Below are positions 1 through 11,331 of a stretch of DNA of 59,342 nucleotides, one piece after another (the stretch's first letter is position 1; each line of letters begins with the position of its first letter). This DNA is from Trichomonas gallinae (lineage: Eukaryota), in assembly GCA_008369845.1 (NCBI GenBank), contig MRSU01003554.1:1-59342 (forward strand), in the 5' to 3' direction. Both the position numbers and the translations under genes were made by a program. The notes below the pieces were generated by a model, which had not been told where the DNA came from, did not search any database, and saw nothing but the letters and a program-made list of their open reading frames with translations.

Positions 1-78
1 TTTTCTGGGCAAAACGATAATTTTCAATACCGCATTCAAAAATTGAGACCGCTATTTGGTCGCGGAGCGGACCCTTAA
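1..78. mobile_element. Possible right terminus of a TTAA-flanked DNA transposon/MITE (Kolobok-like), truncated by the window edge
   Basis: A GC-rich stretch ends ...GGTCGCGGAGCGGACCC|TTAA (TTAA at 75-78). The reverse complement TTAA-GGGTCCGCTCC fits the RR..YY termini and TTAA target of Kolobok-type elements. The partner end is not in the window. Confidence 0.25.
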
Positions 79-211
79 ATCAAAGATTTACAAGAAAATC
101 AGCTGTATATCGAACTATGTAGTTCCACTCAGTCCAAAAATGAGTATTTCGAGCTGCGTCAGCCTCCGTACGTTTGAAGAATTTTTTTTTGTAAACGTTT
201 AAAAAAAATTG

Positions 212-3200
212 ATGTCTTTCTCAGATGATGAATCTTTCTTCGATTACGAAGAGTGCGAAGATGAGACACCAACACAGGAGGCGTTAGAAGCTCTCCAGCA
301 GGAGAATGAGCTTTTAAAGGCGAAGTTTGAGAAAGCGATTGAGTTATCTCAAAAAGTAAAAGACTTACAAGAACAAAACACAGAGCTTCAGGCTCAGGTC
401 AAGGATGGCATTCGTGAAAAGGAAGAAATGATTCACAGACTTGAACTGGCGAATAGATCAATTAAAGAAGGCGAAAATCAGATTGCTAAGCAGAAACGCA
501 TTGCAAACGAGCAACTTGAGGAGTTATCCAAGCAGTACAACGCTAAAATCGCCGAACAAAAGATGAATTCAGATTCCGAGATTCAATATCTTACAGAACA
601 AGTCAACCAATTACTCACTGCTGCAGAGAATGATGAAGTACAGAAGAAAACAGAGAAGGCTTTCATCGGAAGAATCCTCCAGGCCGCAAAAAGATATTTT
701 AACGAAGAAATTTCATCACTTGACGACCTTTACAACGCTTTAAGCAAAGAGCCAGCTAAGCTAGAAACAATTATTCCACAGCCGCAGCCAGAAACAAAGC
801 CAAAGCCTGAATTTGACGAAACTAAGCTCAACAAGTACAAGCAGGCTTTAAAGGATGCAAATGCTCAGATTTCATCACTCAATCAGCAATTGGCTGAGGT
901 TCAGAAGAATTTAAGAGAAACAAAGCGCCAATCTGAATTTAAGATCAACAACCTCAACACAGAGCTCCAGGATAACCAGCAGAGATTCAAGGAGAGCGAA
1001 GAGAAGTCTCTCGCCAAGATCCAGAACCTCGAAGGCCGTTTGAATAATTTGAAGACAGAAGTTTCAAAGGCTCGCGCAGTTCCAATGGAGTTAATGGAGT
1101 CAGGAAGGAACATCTCTGCTTCTCCTATCAGCTCACAGCTCCACATCGACGTGAACCCAGAACCAAGGAAAGTTACAATAATTACGCCAAATTCTCCACC
1201 TTCTTCACCTCCTTCTCAAAAGGAGTCAATGATGCAGTCCGTTGACATGTTCAAGGACAAAATCGCTCACCTTGAAGGCGAATTAAATGCAGCAAACGAA
1301 AACATCCGCAAGAAGGACCTTGCTCTCAACGCCGCCACACAGGAATTGTCGCAGATCCGTGTCTCAGCCAAGAACAACGAGATCGAGCTTTCATCTCTCA
1401 AAGCAGTCCACGAAGAAACAGTTCACGAGCTCGAGACAATTCGCGAGTCTTTGCATGCGCGCCAGAACATCATAGAAGAGAGCCAGCACCAGATCGACGA
1501 GCAGAAGGAGGAGGACGCCAAGCGCCGCAAGCGCATGGAGGTCGCCAAGAAGAAGCTCCAGCAGTACAAGACTCAAGTTCAGCAGCTTCAAGACGAGAAT
1601 TCTCAGCTCGAAGAAAAGTTCGACGAGCAGCGCCGCGCAATGACGAATCTCAACGACTCCAAGGAGCAGCTCGAGAAGAAGCTCAAGGACGCTACACAAG
1701 AGCTCGCTGAGGCCCAGCACAAGATCAAGACAACAAAGATCCCAACAGCAGACGAAATCGTTCCACCACACGTTTTCGCAATGAAAGGCGCCGAAGACAA
1801 GCTCGCTGCACAGATCCAGAAGATCGCATACAACAGCGCACTCCAGATCCCATCTAAACTCCAGGCCATCTACCAGGCAATCGCTGACTCCTTCCAGTCA
1901 AAGATCGATGAAGCCGACAAACAAGTCAACGACTACATCGAGACAATGGAGAAGAACCGCCAGGCCATCAACCAGCTCCTTGTCGATTCTAGTATCATTG
2001 TCACAGGCAAGGCCATCACATACGACGAATACTTCAAGGATCCAGCTATCCAGAAGAACTTCTTGCAGACAATCCAGAAGCTTAGAGAAGACTTCGACAA
2101 CATCAAGTATGAGAACGACAAACTTCAGTCATTCACCAATTTGTACCAAGAGTGCTTCGGCTCTTCTGCTGAGCTCCTTGTCCACGCGACTGAGCTCAAG
2201 AACAAGTTCACAGAGAAGGACAACAAGATCGCCAAGCAGCGCCAGAACATCCACAAGCTCAAGGAGGCGATGAAGGAACTCGCTGACACAACAGAGCAGA
2301 CATTGATCGAGAAGTCAGACGAGATCTCTGAGTTGAAGGGCCAGCGCGATGAGCTCCAGAGCAGGATCAACCACATCGAGTCCAAGTACAAGAGCGCGAA
2401 GGAAGACATGAATCAGCTCGAAGTCGCTTTGATGGCTGAGAAAACAGAGCGCGAAAACTTCGAGAACATGATGCAGGAGAACCACTCAAGAATGATCGGC
2501 GAGATCGACAACAACCAGCTCAAGCAGAAGGAGGAGCACGAAGTCGAGATGAAGCAGCTCAAGGACGAAATCGAGAACAGGAAGTTGAAGATGGACGACT
2601 TGAGAGGCGAGCTCGAGAGAACAAAACAGCAGCTTAGAATCATGACCCAGAAGTTCGAAACAATGAAGAAGGCCCTCCAGCAGGAGACAGAGAAGTACGA
2701 CAACGACAAGAAGGTCGCACAGCAGGAGCATGACAACGAGAAGGAGTTCATGAAGAAGACATTCCAGAACTCATTGGATGAGCTCAGGAAGCAGTGCGAC
2801 AAGCACAGAGAGGACGTCAAGATGCTCTCTCAGCGCTTGAACGAAGAAGAAATCGAGAAGAACGACATCAAGCAAAAGCTCCAGCAGCTCACGAAGGACA
2901 AGACTAAGCTCAAGAAATGCATCAAGACAATCAAGGAGGACAACGAGAGACAGATCAAGTTGACAATGATCGAGGCAAGGAACAAAGTTAACGCGATGGA
3001 AGGACCAATGCAGAAGAAGATCGAAGACGAAAGACAGAAGGGTGAAACAGCCAAGAAGCAGATCTTCGCTTTCATCAATGATAATCTCGGAGATTACGCT
3101 GACAGCCAGATTGTCGACGAACTTTCATTCAGATCTGGCGTCCAGAAGATTAAGACAGTTCTCGGAAAGATGACAGTTTCCGATGAGACTGTTCGCAGAC

Positions 3201-3259
3201 TCGTTCAGGCAAGAGAAGGCCAGGATACAGCCGATGCTGTTGCTCAGATGTTCATTTAA
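212..3259 (+). CDS. Long coiled-coil protein (~1015 aa), trichomonad 'A-type inclusion/SMC-like' class, possibly cytoskeletal
   Basis: Uninterrupted ORF with first ATG at 212 (the ORF track starts at a TTG). E/K/Q-rich heptads throughout, a Ser/Pro linker, and strong C/G-ending codon bias. Confidence 0.9.
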   Translation: MSFSDDESFFDYEECEDETPTQEALEALQQENELLKAKFEKAIELSQKVKDLQEQNTELQAQVKDGIREKEEMIHRLELANRSIKEGENQIAKQKRIANEQLEELSKQYNAKIAEQKMNSDSEIQYLTEQVNQLLTAAENDEVQKKTEKAFIGRILQAAKRYFNEEISSLDDLYNALSKEPAKLETIIPQPQPETKPKPEFDETKLNKYKQALKDANAQISSLNQQLAEVQKNLRETKRQSEFKINNLNTELQDNQQRFKESEEKSLAKIQNLEGRLNNLKTEVSKARAVPMELMESGRNISASPISSQLHIDVNPEPRKVTIITPNSPPSSPPSQKESMMQSVDMFKDKIAHLEGELNAANENIRKKDLALNAATQELSQIRVSAKNNEIELSSLKAVHEETVHELETIRESLHARQNIIEESQHQIDEQKEEDAKRRKRMEVAKKKLQQYKTQVQQLQDENSQLEEKFDEQRRAMTNLNDSKEQLEKKLKDATQELAEAQHKIKTTKIPTADEIVPPHVFAMKGAEDKLAAQIQKIAYNSALQIPSKLQAIYQAIADSFQSKIDEADKQVNDYIETMEKNRQAINQLLVDSSIIVTGKAITYDEYFKDPAIQKNFLQTIQKLREDFDNIKYENDKLQSFTNLYQECFGSSAELLVHATELKNKFTEKDNKIAKQRQNIHKLKEAMKELADTTEQTLIEKSDEISELKGQRDELQSRINHIESKYKSAKEDMNQLEVALMAEKTERENFENMMQENHSRMIGEIDNNQLKQKEEHEVEMKQLKDEIENRKLKMDDLRGELERTKQQLRIMTQKFETMKKALQQETEKYDNDKKVAQQEHDNEKEFMKKTFQNSLDELRKQCDKHREDVKMLSQRLNEEEIEKNDIKQKLQQLTKDKTKLKKCIKTIKEDNERQIKLTMIEARNKVNAMEGPMQKKIEDERQKGETAKKQIFAFINDNLGDYADSQIVDELSFRSGVQKIKTVLGKMTVSDETVRRLVQAREGQDTADAVAQMFI

Positions 3260-4302
3260 TCGAATTTTTTATTATTTTTAATTATATGTGTAAACAAAAC
3301 TTATCAAATTTACTGTTAACTTATAAATATAAACCATAATTAGTCTAAACATTTTAAATATAGAATAACTCCCATAAAGCACAAATATTTTTATATTTGA
3401 AGAAATATTTTTGATTAATTAAGCTTTGTGGGATGAACATATTTTAGATAATACTGTTTAATGATGAAAATAATCAAATGTGAACGCAAAATAAAAAAAT
3501 ATCTAGTGGATGAAGCTTTTGTTCATAATATTATCATGCTTATCCGATATTTATGCACATATCATAATATCATTTGATATACTAATGGAATTCAATTTAT
3601 TGTATTTTGAATATTTAATATTGACCTTGTTAGGTAAGTATTTTGATATTATAAATTAGTATATATGTTATATACTGAATAGCATAATTTAATTCCAAAG
3701 TTCATGAAAAAGAAAATATGAAATATGAAATAAAATCGTCTAAAACTTAATGAAAAGAAATTGAAATGGCTCATCTATATGGATATCGCATAAAACTGCA
3801 ACGTGATAAAAAACAAAATTCAACGTGGAAAATAAGATAATAATATACAAAAACATGGAAATATACAATAAAAAAAATCTAAACAGTTTTGGATAAAATT
3901 TGCGAAGTTATGGGTGTAAAAGTTAACAGTAAAATGATAGAAAAATATTTGATTAGTCTTGCAAATGGATAGATTTCAGCAATGAAATTGATTTTGAATT
4001 CAATATAATCGTAATCCAACTAAGTTTATCAAATAATTCACTCTTATTTAATATATTATGTGCAAAAATTAAATGTAAAAAGAATTTCAATGTGCTGATT
4101 GAATTTTACAACAGCTTTTTAAATTTTGTGAAGCATATTAGTTATAATTCTTATAGATAATATGATTTTATTTGATATCTTAAAAGTCGATTATTTTAAT
4201 TACCTTCTCAATTTTGTCTATCAATTCAAACCTTGTTTTCATATGCTTATATAAACAACAATTATATTTGCTAAATTTGAAAAGTTTACATTTTCTAAAT
4301 TT

Positions 4303-4812
4303 ATGTTTGTTTGTTTTTATCTTTGTGCTTTAGTTTGTTCAGCACCAAAACGAACACGGCCACCTCCAACTCCTACAGCATCGAAAAATAGGATTCCAGT
4401 CGTCATCTCTGGATCCGTTATCATTCCGGTGATAATTATTTTAGCAATTATAGCTTCCATTCTCTTTTTCGTAATCAAAAAACGACAAGCACGAAAAGAT
4501 CTAATGAACGACCAACAAGATGACTCAAATTCACTTTTACCTGAACATGTAACAAACCAAGAGGATTCTGTTCCTTTGGTTCCAATAAATCACACAAGAT
4601 CGAACTCACCAAGAAAAACACCACCACGAGAAGTAATTTCCATGCTTAATAATGATAACGATTATTCTTATTCCTATTCGTATTACGAAGAGGAAGAATA
4701 CTACTATAGTGATGAAGAGGACCTCTATCTTCAGAAACTTAAGCCCGATGAACAATCTTCTTCTTCATCAGATTCTTTGATATCATTAGCAAAAGTTACA
4801 TGTGATTTGTAA
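4303..4812 (+). CDS. Small type I membrane protein (signal peptide, Pro/Thr stalk, one TM, acidic Tyr-rich tail)
   Basis: Hydrophobic N-terminus MFVCFYLCALVCSA, then PPPTPT, TM segment VIIPVIIILAIIASILFFVI followed by KKRQARK, and tail YSYSYSYYEEEEYYYSDEED. Confidence 0.8.
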   Translation: MFVCFYLCALVCSAPKRTRPPPTPTASKNRIPVVISGSVIIPVIIILAIIASILFFVIKKRQARKDLMNDQQDDSNSLLPEHVTNQEDSVPLVPINHTRSNSPRKTPPREVISMLNNDNDYSYSYSYYEEEEYYYSDEEDLYLQKLKPDEQSSSSSDSLISLAKVTCDL

Positions 4813-5294
4813 GTGTTCATTTATACAGTCTAGTTTTGTTTGTTTGTTATTAAATATTATGCGTTTAACCTTGATTGATTTTGTTTTTGGAAATTAAATC
4901 ACTCAATAACTACAAATTTCAGTACAGGAATAAATAGTGTTATTGGTTTATATAATAATTCTTTAAACACAAATGACAAAAATATGGGTTACGACTAGAA
5001 TTAATTTAATCTTTTTTAGAGATTTCATATTGTACATGTGCATTCCATAGGTAAATTATTTCTTAAATACTAAGGCAATATTGCTAACATTGAAATTTCA
5101 ATTAAAAAATTATGGGATTGAACTAAGAATATATATATATTTACTAATAAAATTTATATATGCGATATATAGTAATTTCACCATGTAGTTTGGCAAGAGT
5201 AAATTAATATGAAAGAACTAATTTATGAGTTTAAGATCAATTAATCATCTTAAACTATCAACAAAGCACAGCCAAAGAAAAACACAATATAAAA

Positions 5295-6158
5295 TTAAAG
5301 TTCTGTAATTCTTCCGATGTAGGCATCATTATCATCTTCCTCTTGTTCTTCTTCTGGTTGATCAACGAACTTCTGCGAGGAAACAGATGTAGAAAGACCG
5401 AAGCAGCACATCTGGAATAAGAATGTGATATCACAAAGGCAAGGGCCACCGGCGCCAACGATCCACGGCATCTGATTCCAGCAGAACTGTGGCTCAAGGC
5501 TCTTAATGAAGATAGACATTAAGTATGTTCCGTTGCCGAGAACTGCGAAAATTACATACATCGGGCTTAAATCGCCTACAGTTCTATCTTTGAAGTTCTT
5601 GATGACTTGTGGGATTCTTGACGATATGTAAATCGCCGCAGATGCCCAGCCAAAGAGAGTTCCGACGAGATCTGCTTTTCTGTACGGATAAGCGTAGTCA
5701 ACAGCCGCTAAAACGGCTGCAGCTGCCACTCCTGCCATGGAAGGAGACATAATTTCGTCATTTTCGTCTGATAATTCACGTGCGTCAGATTTGTTCTTTT
5801 TCAACTGGTCAACACAGCATTCTTGGAAACAGCAACGATAATAGATGTACTGGGAGAACAAGATTCCGTCAAGAATTACGTAAATGATGGCCTGAATTAT
5901 CTGTACGACAAGGCCACCGTTAATTAACAAGCCAATGAGAGAGAAAACGTTACCAGAGAACAAAAGGCTGAAGAAGAAAGGACTCTGTCCGTCAACATGC
6001 TTTGTCTTGCAGTTCTGAATATATTGTGGTGTTGAAGAAATCAGCCAGATCAAGTTGGAGAACATACCAACACCAAAGCTCCACTTGTCCCTTGGTGTTA
6101 TTACGCATTCGCCAAATACTTTGTGGATCCATTCAACATAGCCTGTATCACAGCCCAT
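5295..6158 (-). CDS. PQ-loop repeat transporter (PQLC2/Ypq-like lysosomal cationic amino-acid exporter)
   Basis: Two PQ motifs (SSTPQYIQN..DGQS and SSRIPQVIKN..GDLS), 7-TM layout, GNxxY and PWIVG..G...D motifs typical of Ypq/PQLC2. Confidence 0.9.
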   Translation of the reverse strand: MGCDTGYVEWIHKVFGECVITPRDKWSFGVGMFSNLIWLISSTPQYIQNCKTKHVDGQSPFFFSLLFSGNVFSLIGLLINGGLVVQIIQAIIYVILDGILFSQYIYYRCCFQECCVDQLKKNKSDARELSDENDEIMSPSMAGVAAAAVLAAVDYAYPYRKADLVGTLFGWASAAIYISSRIPQVIKNFKDRTVGDLSPMYVIFAVLGNGTYLMSIFIKSLEPQFCWNQMPWIVGAGGPCLCDITFLFQMCCFGLSTSVSSQKFVDQPEEEQEEDDNDAYIGRITEL

Positions 6159-7559
6159 GTTTATTTTTGATAGAAAACGATCATTACATTCTCAATTTTA
6201 AATCATTGTATTTAATCTTTTTATAAACTGTAGATAACTTTAGACACAAAAAATTTGTAATAAAATTTCAAATGAAAATTTCAGAACAAAACCGGCGTCC
6301 TCTCAATTAAAAATAACCGCTGCGAAGTTAATTTACAAAAATATCTATGCTATACTGTTACCCTAAAAGTGTAGATAACTTTAAACAGGTTTTTACCTAT
6401 TTCGGATTAATTATTTCATGTTTGGTCAAAACTTTTCTTCATCGTTTTTTATCGGAAATTTAGAAATTTTGCTATTATTCTTTGTAGTGTATTATACTGA
6501 TCATTATAGATGTAGAAACACAATAGTCTGATCGTGACGGAAATATTTTCGCAGGTTTTTGTGAATTTTAATACACATTTGTATCCTTTAATACATGTTA
6601 AATCAAATATCCGTAAAATTGTAATAAATTTGCAAAGGATCGCTTAAAAGTGACTAATTTATTTCTTTCAAATAATTGAAATGTTTACAAATTGAATCAG
6701 TTAAATTATGTTACCAAAATATCACTAATCACAGCATATTAAACTTTTTTATTGTTGTTTTAAAAATTGAGGACAAAATTAAAATAAAATAACGTATAAA
6801 TAAATCGGTCATTAACTTATAGAATTATAGTCATTATATATAAAATTCTCAAGTCTGCTATAAAAATTTTTGAGGGAACGTCATCGTCTTTTTTGTTATG
6901 TACTGTCAATTTCAATTGTTTGCGACTTTAGGCTTTTTGCGGACATCATTTTCGTTGAATATTTTCGATATATGGACTCATGTATGTCCAATAGTTTGGT
7001 CCAAATGCGCTTTAATGCAAAATTTACTCGTATGACACATAAAAATTAACTGATTAGGTAGAAACCACTTTTATCGTATTTTATTCAATATATTCTATCA
7101 AATATTCTATGGTCTCTCTTAAACATATTAACACCATAAATAACATACATCTTAGATGTTAGTATTATGTTATAAGATGAAAGACAATAAAATATCGGAT
7201 TCGATTTTTGAAAAGATATATCAAGAAAATGGATGATTAATTGAAAATTGGTCAATGGTGATTAGTGAACTATAGCTCAAATATATAGATGGGTAGGCCA
7301 TTAATATAATACAAATCTTTTTAATGAACAAACTTATAAGGAGTTCATGAATTCCAAATCAAGAATTTGCTGGAAAAATTATGGAAAATACTTAATTGTG
7401 GATCTCGGTAAATATTGAGTTTTAAATGGATATTAAACAGAATAAAATGTTGATGTATGTGAGCTAAATGCTTAGATAGATTCAATATTATATTTTTTAC
7501 TTGTAAAAACTATGACATGTAAAAATTATGTCAAAAATGAAATGGTTTATGTGTCAAAA

Positions 7560-8933
7560 ATGGATTTGGACGAAACTGGTCCAATTCCAACAGATGTTGA
7601 TGTGAAAAAGACATGCAATGCACTCGCTATATTGATGAAAAAACTTGGATCGCTTCAGAAAGAAGATACAGATGAATTTCACAGCTTATGTGAAAAAATC
7701 CTTGCCCAAGTTACAGCTTTAGAAAATATGACGCAAGTAGAAGGATTTACTTCCATTTTGTTTGCTTCTGAACTTTATCCTTTCATTGATTCTTTGATTT
7801 CTATTCCAGATACAGAAATTTCTTCGAAATTTTTATCGATTTTAACAGATATTGCAGAAAATCCAGATAATATAGAACGAATTATTAAACAGAATTACTT
7901 CAAAACAGCAATAAAAAGCGCTGAAATTATTGATGAAATTAATATTCAAAGCGATGCCCAGTTTTTGTATTCTATATTCACTTTGATATCAACAGTTATT
8001 GACGGATGTGATGAACCAAAGGCATTTATTGATTCCATTACACAAGATTCTCCATTAATTACATTAATTCATCGCCAGTTCAATCGTGATGATTTCGACC
8101 AAAATGTACTTGCTGCATCAGAGCTTTTGGCCATTCTTTTACAGCTACAACCTGCAACAATGAAATTTATTGATGAAGGATTTGTGAATTTAATTCTCAG
8201 ATTTTGCGCAAATATGCACAAGACCAAGAATGCAGAGGAAGATGAAGCAGCTTCAAATGCGTTCAATATTGTCGTAATTCTCGCAATGGACCCAGTAGAA
8301 GTGAAGATTCTAGCCAATCTTGGTGTTATAGATATACTGTTAGCATGTATAGGCTCATCATCAAGCAAAGAAGAAAAAAGCTCGTCAAAACTTGCATATA
8401 ACGCAATTGAAGCATGTTTGACTTCTTCTCCTGTTTGCTGCGAACAATTTGTCGATGCTGGTGGTATTAAAAAGGTTTTCGGGCTTCTCGGCAATAAATC
8501 TTTGACAAAAAATTTCGAAACATTATCAAACGTTATTTCCATCATTGATTCACTTCTTACTTCTCTTCCTACTGATTCTATCCATCTCAAACGTGTTCTG
8601 CGCAAATTTATAGAAAAAGAATACGAAAAATTGTTTGTTTTGATTTCTTTGACCGAATTTTTGTTTTTAAACATTGATTTCGAGGAAGAAGACCAGTCAA
8701 ACGCTGACCAATACGACACATATCTCGTTTGCTGCTCTGATATAGCTATTTTGCTTGCTTTGTTGCCTGAAGAAGCGAAAATTGCTTTAACATTGAAAAT
8801 CAGAGAATCAGAAGTCATTGATCCTCAGCTAGTCGTTGATTCAGCATTAGAACGCGTGGAAACAGCAAAAGGACTGAAAGATCTTGTTGAAAATGGAATC
8901 AAAATTCTTAATTTGTTATGTGAAGAAAAATAA
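7560..8933 (+). CDS. CTNNBL1: Beta-catenin-like protein 1 (ARM repeat, PRP19 spliceosome complex)
   Basis: FDQNVLAASELLAILLQ, EEDEAASNAF, CEQFVDAGGIKKVF and RVLRKFIEKEYEK resemble conserved CTNNBL1 blocks. Start is uncertain (in-frame ATGs at 7512, 7542 and 7560). Confidence 0.75.
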   Translation: MDLDETGPIPTDVDVKKTCNALAILMKKLGSLQKEDTDEFHSLCEKILAQVTALENMTQVEGFTSILFASELYPFIDSLISIPDTEISSKFLSILTDIAENPDNIERIIKQNYFKTAIKSAEIIDEINIQSDAQFLYSIFTLISTVIDGCDEPKAFIDSITQDSPLITLIHRQFNRDDFDQNVLAASELLAILLQLQPATMKFIDEGFVNLILRFCANMHKTKNAEEDEAASNAFNIVVILAMDPVEVKILANLGVIDILLACIGSSSSKEEKSSSKLAYNAIEACLTSSPVCCEQFVDAGGIKKVFGLLGNKSLTKNFETLSNVISIIDSLLTSLPTDSIHLKRVLRKFIEKEYEKLFVLISLTEFLFLNIDFEEEDQSNADQYDTYLVCCSDIAILLALLPEEAKIALTLKIRESEVIDPQLVVDSALERVETAKGLKDLVENGIKILNLLCEEK

Positions 8934-9525
8934 AAATAGATATTTTTAGATACTATCGAAAAACATCATATTTTGATTTGCCACATATCTTCATTATATA
9001 TTATTCTCGATTCACTCTTCAATTCTTGAACAAGCAACAAGAAAATTTTTAATATAAAATTCTAACATAGATATCGGACTAAAATTCTGCCAATCATATC
9101 TACACATTGAATTAATTTAACCATTCTGATATCTAAGAGTTTTATTAAGGTGGTATAGAGATTAATAATCAAGTTTTCAAATATTATGCACAACACTAAC
9201 CTCGTAAATTTTATGAGGGATTACATGAAGTATGAGGTTTTGAATAATGTAAAATAGCTATTTCAATATATAGAAATTTTATTAAAAATTATTTTACTGT
9301 AAATAAGTGAGAAATTTACCATTCCGTTATTAATCTTTTTCTGTAGTCATTTTTTGCTAATGAGATGATGCTGAAAAATTAAAATAAAAAATAATTTCAT
9401 TAATATATAGAGTTTATCATGATATATAACAAATATAATATAAATATAGATGGCTAAACTTAATAAAACCAATGTTATAAAGTTGATTTTTGAAATATGA
9501 TTTGAAAAATATATTTGATGAAAAA

Positions 9526-10425
9526 TTATTGAGTAATCTTTGGCAGTCTCTGTCTACTTGAGCGGATTCCAACATCTTTCAATATCGCATATCTTCTATT
9601 TAAAATTTCTGTGTTTTTTGCACGTTTTGCACGGTAAGCATTCTTCTTTTCAGCTGCAGCATGCATAGCATTCTCTCTTTCGCGTTTTTGCCTTTCTAAG
9701 AGTTCAGTTCTTGATTTATAAAATGCAAAATTGTGATCTTTTTTATTTGACTCATGTTCGTGTGCAGAGACCTCTTCTATTTGTTTGCGTAGAAGGTTTG
9801 CATCGTCTTCCATGTTCATTCTAACTAATAATTGATATTGATTCTTTAAATTTCGTAGAAATTGGGAATCTCTATGATACGTTTTGTAGTGAAGACCTGA
9901 TTTCCAATCCCTATCATGTTCTAAAAGCTCCATACGTTGTTTTTGAATCAATTTTTTCATTTTATTGACTTGCACTTGTTCTAGTTGTGTCTCTCTGTTC
10001 TGAAACTCTAGTAGCATCCTATCAATCTCTTCGAATGATTCGCGAATCTTTTCATCGAGTGTTTCGTAATCTGGAGTTTTTGCTGTGTAAACTCTTTGTA
10101 ATTTTCGACTGTATTGGCGTGCTCTTGGTCCATGTACTGTTTTTGGCTGTCTTGGAGTGAATACTTTTTCGAGATCTCCTTCAGCTATTAAAATTTGATT
10201 ATTATTTTCGATATTTTCGATGCTTGGTTGTTCAATGAGTTTAGTATCTTCGATTTGTTCTTGTTCGATTTCTTTTTCCTGTTTTTCTTCTTCCTCTGAA
10301 TTTTTATTTTCATTATCTGCGTTTTCTTCTGTTTCATCCTCAATATCGTCGTATAAGCAGAATTTTTGGAACGCCCAGATCGCTTTGTTAACGTTGAATG
10401 TTCCAAGAATTGCGTTTTTCCACAT
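9526..10425 (-). CDS. Hypothetical coiled-coil protein (299 aa)
   Basis: ORF with an acidic N-terminal region and E/Q/R/K-rich helical C-terminal half; no enzymatic motif. Confidence 0.8.
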   Translation of the reverse strand: MWKNAILGTFNVNKAIWAFQKFCLYDDIEDETEENADNENKNSEEEEKQEKEIEQEQIEDTKLIEQPSIENIENNNQILIAEGDLEKVFTPRQPKTVHGPRARQYSRKLQRVYTAKTPDYETLDEKIRESFEEIDRMLLEFQNRETQLEQVQVNKMKKLIQKQRMELLEHDRDWKSGLHYKTYHRDSQFLRNLKNQYQLLVRMNMEDDANLLRKQIEEVSAHEHESNKKDHNFAFYKSRTELLERQKRERENAMHAAAEKKNAYRAKRAKNTEILNRRYAILKDVGIRSSRQRLPKITQ

Positions 10426-11331
10426 GAAAACTAGAAAACAATATATGTGTAACGTCTTGTCGCGTGTAAGAAGAAAACATGAACAAATATATGAGAATTA
10501 TCACCAAAATAACACAAAAAACTTATCGAACACGCGGTTTTGAATACTTTTTGGGATTTTACAAAAAAAGTCTTTAAAATTCATGCTCTAACATATATTT
10601 AGCATTATTCTAATGATATAAGACTAATAACATGACTAAAATTAACATACTCGTAGAAAATTAATTGTTTGATGATTTAACATGATATTTATTCAAATTG
10701 CGTACTAAAAATTTTGAATTTGTGGTTTACTGAGATTAAATTCATAATAGTAATTAATATGGAATTTCTTCATCAAAATTTACCAAATCTCCGAATAGTG
10801 ACGTCTATTTTCACCAAACTTTGTATTATTATACTAGTATATGTAGTATACTATATTAGTTTAATAATATGCTCTGGATCCTAACATCGCATGGGAATTT
10901 TGCATAATAATATTTCTCTCGAAGTTATGGACAATTAACATTATATTTTCATTGTTTGCTACTGGAATAATTATGGATTGAAATAGAGGAACAGTGTAAT
11001 TGTGTGTGAACATTGGGAAAAGTAAGATAATTGCTGCTCTTGATTTGATTTAAACGAGATGTCTTTCTGCATAATATATATTAACCGAAAACATGCTTTT
11101 TTGGTAACTCTGATGAAATCTCTATGAAACGAGGGAATTCAGCTTTTAATATCTTTTCATCTTTCTTCATTTAAGTTTGGGATTATTTTTTCGAGTCAGT
11201 TCAATATTTTGAAGTTGTAAGTATTTTCCTTCATCATAAGAATTAATATATATGATGAATTCTCTTTAGCAATTAGTAGCAAAGAAATAGATACGATTTG
11301 TGCATAATGAAAGATTGTTTTTGTATAGTAA

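Noticed and set aside
901..3078. Many antisense and alternate-frame ORFs inside gene 1 (also inside the 28049, 31714, 39537 and XPB genes)
   Set aside because: They are shadow ORFs caused by codon bias of the real CDS, with Ser/Leu/Phe-rich translations and no motifs.
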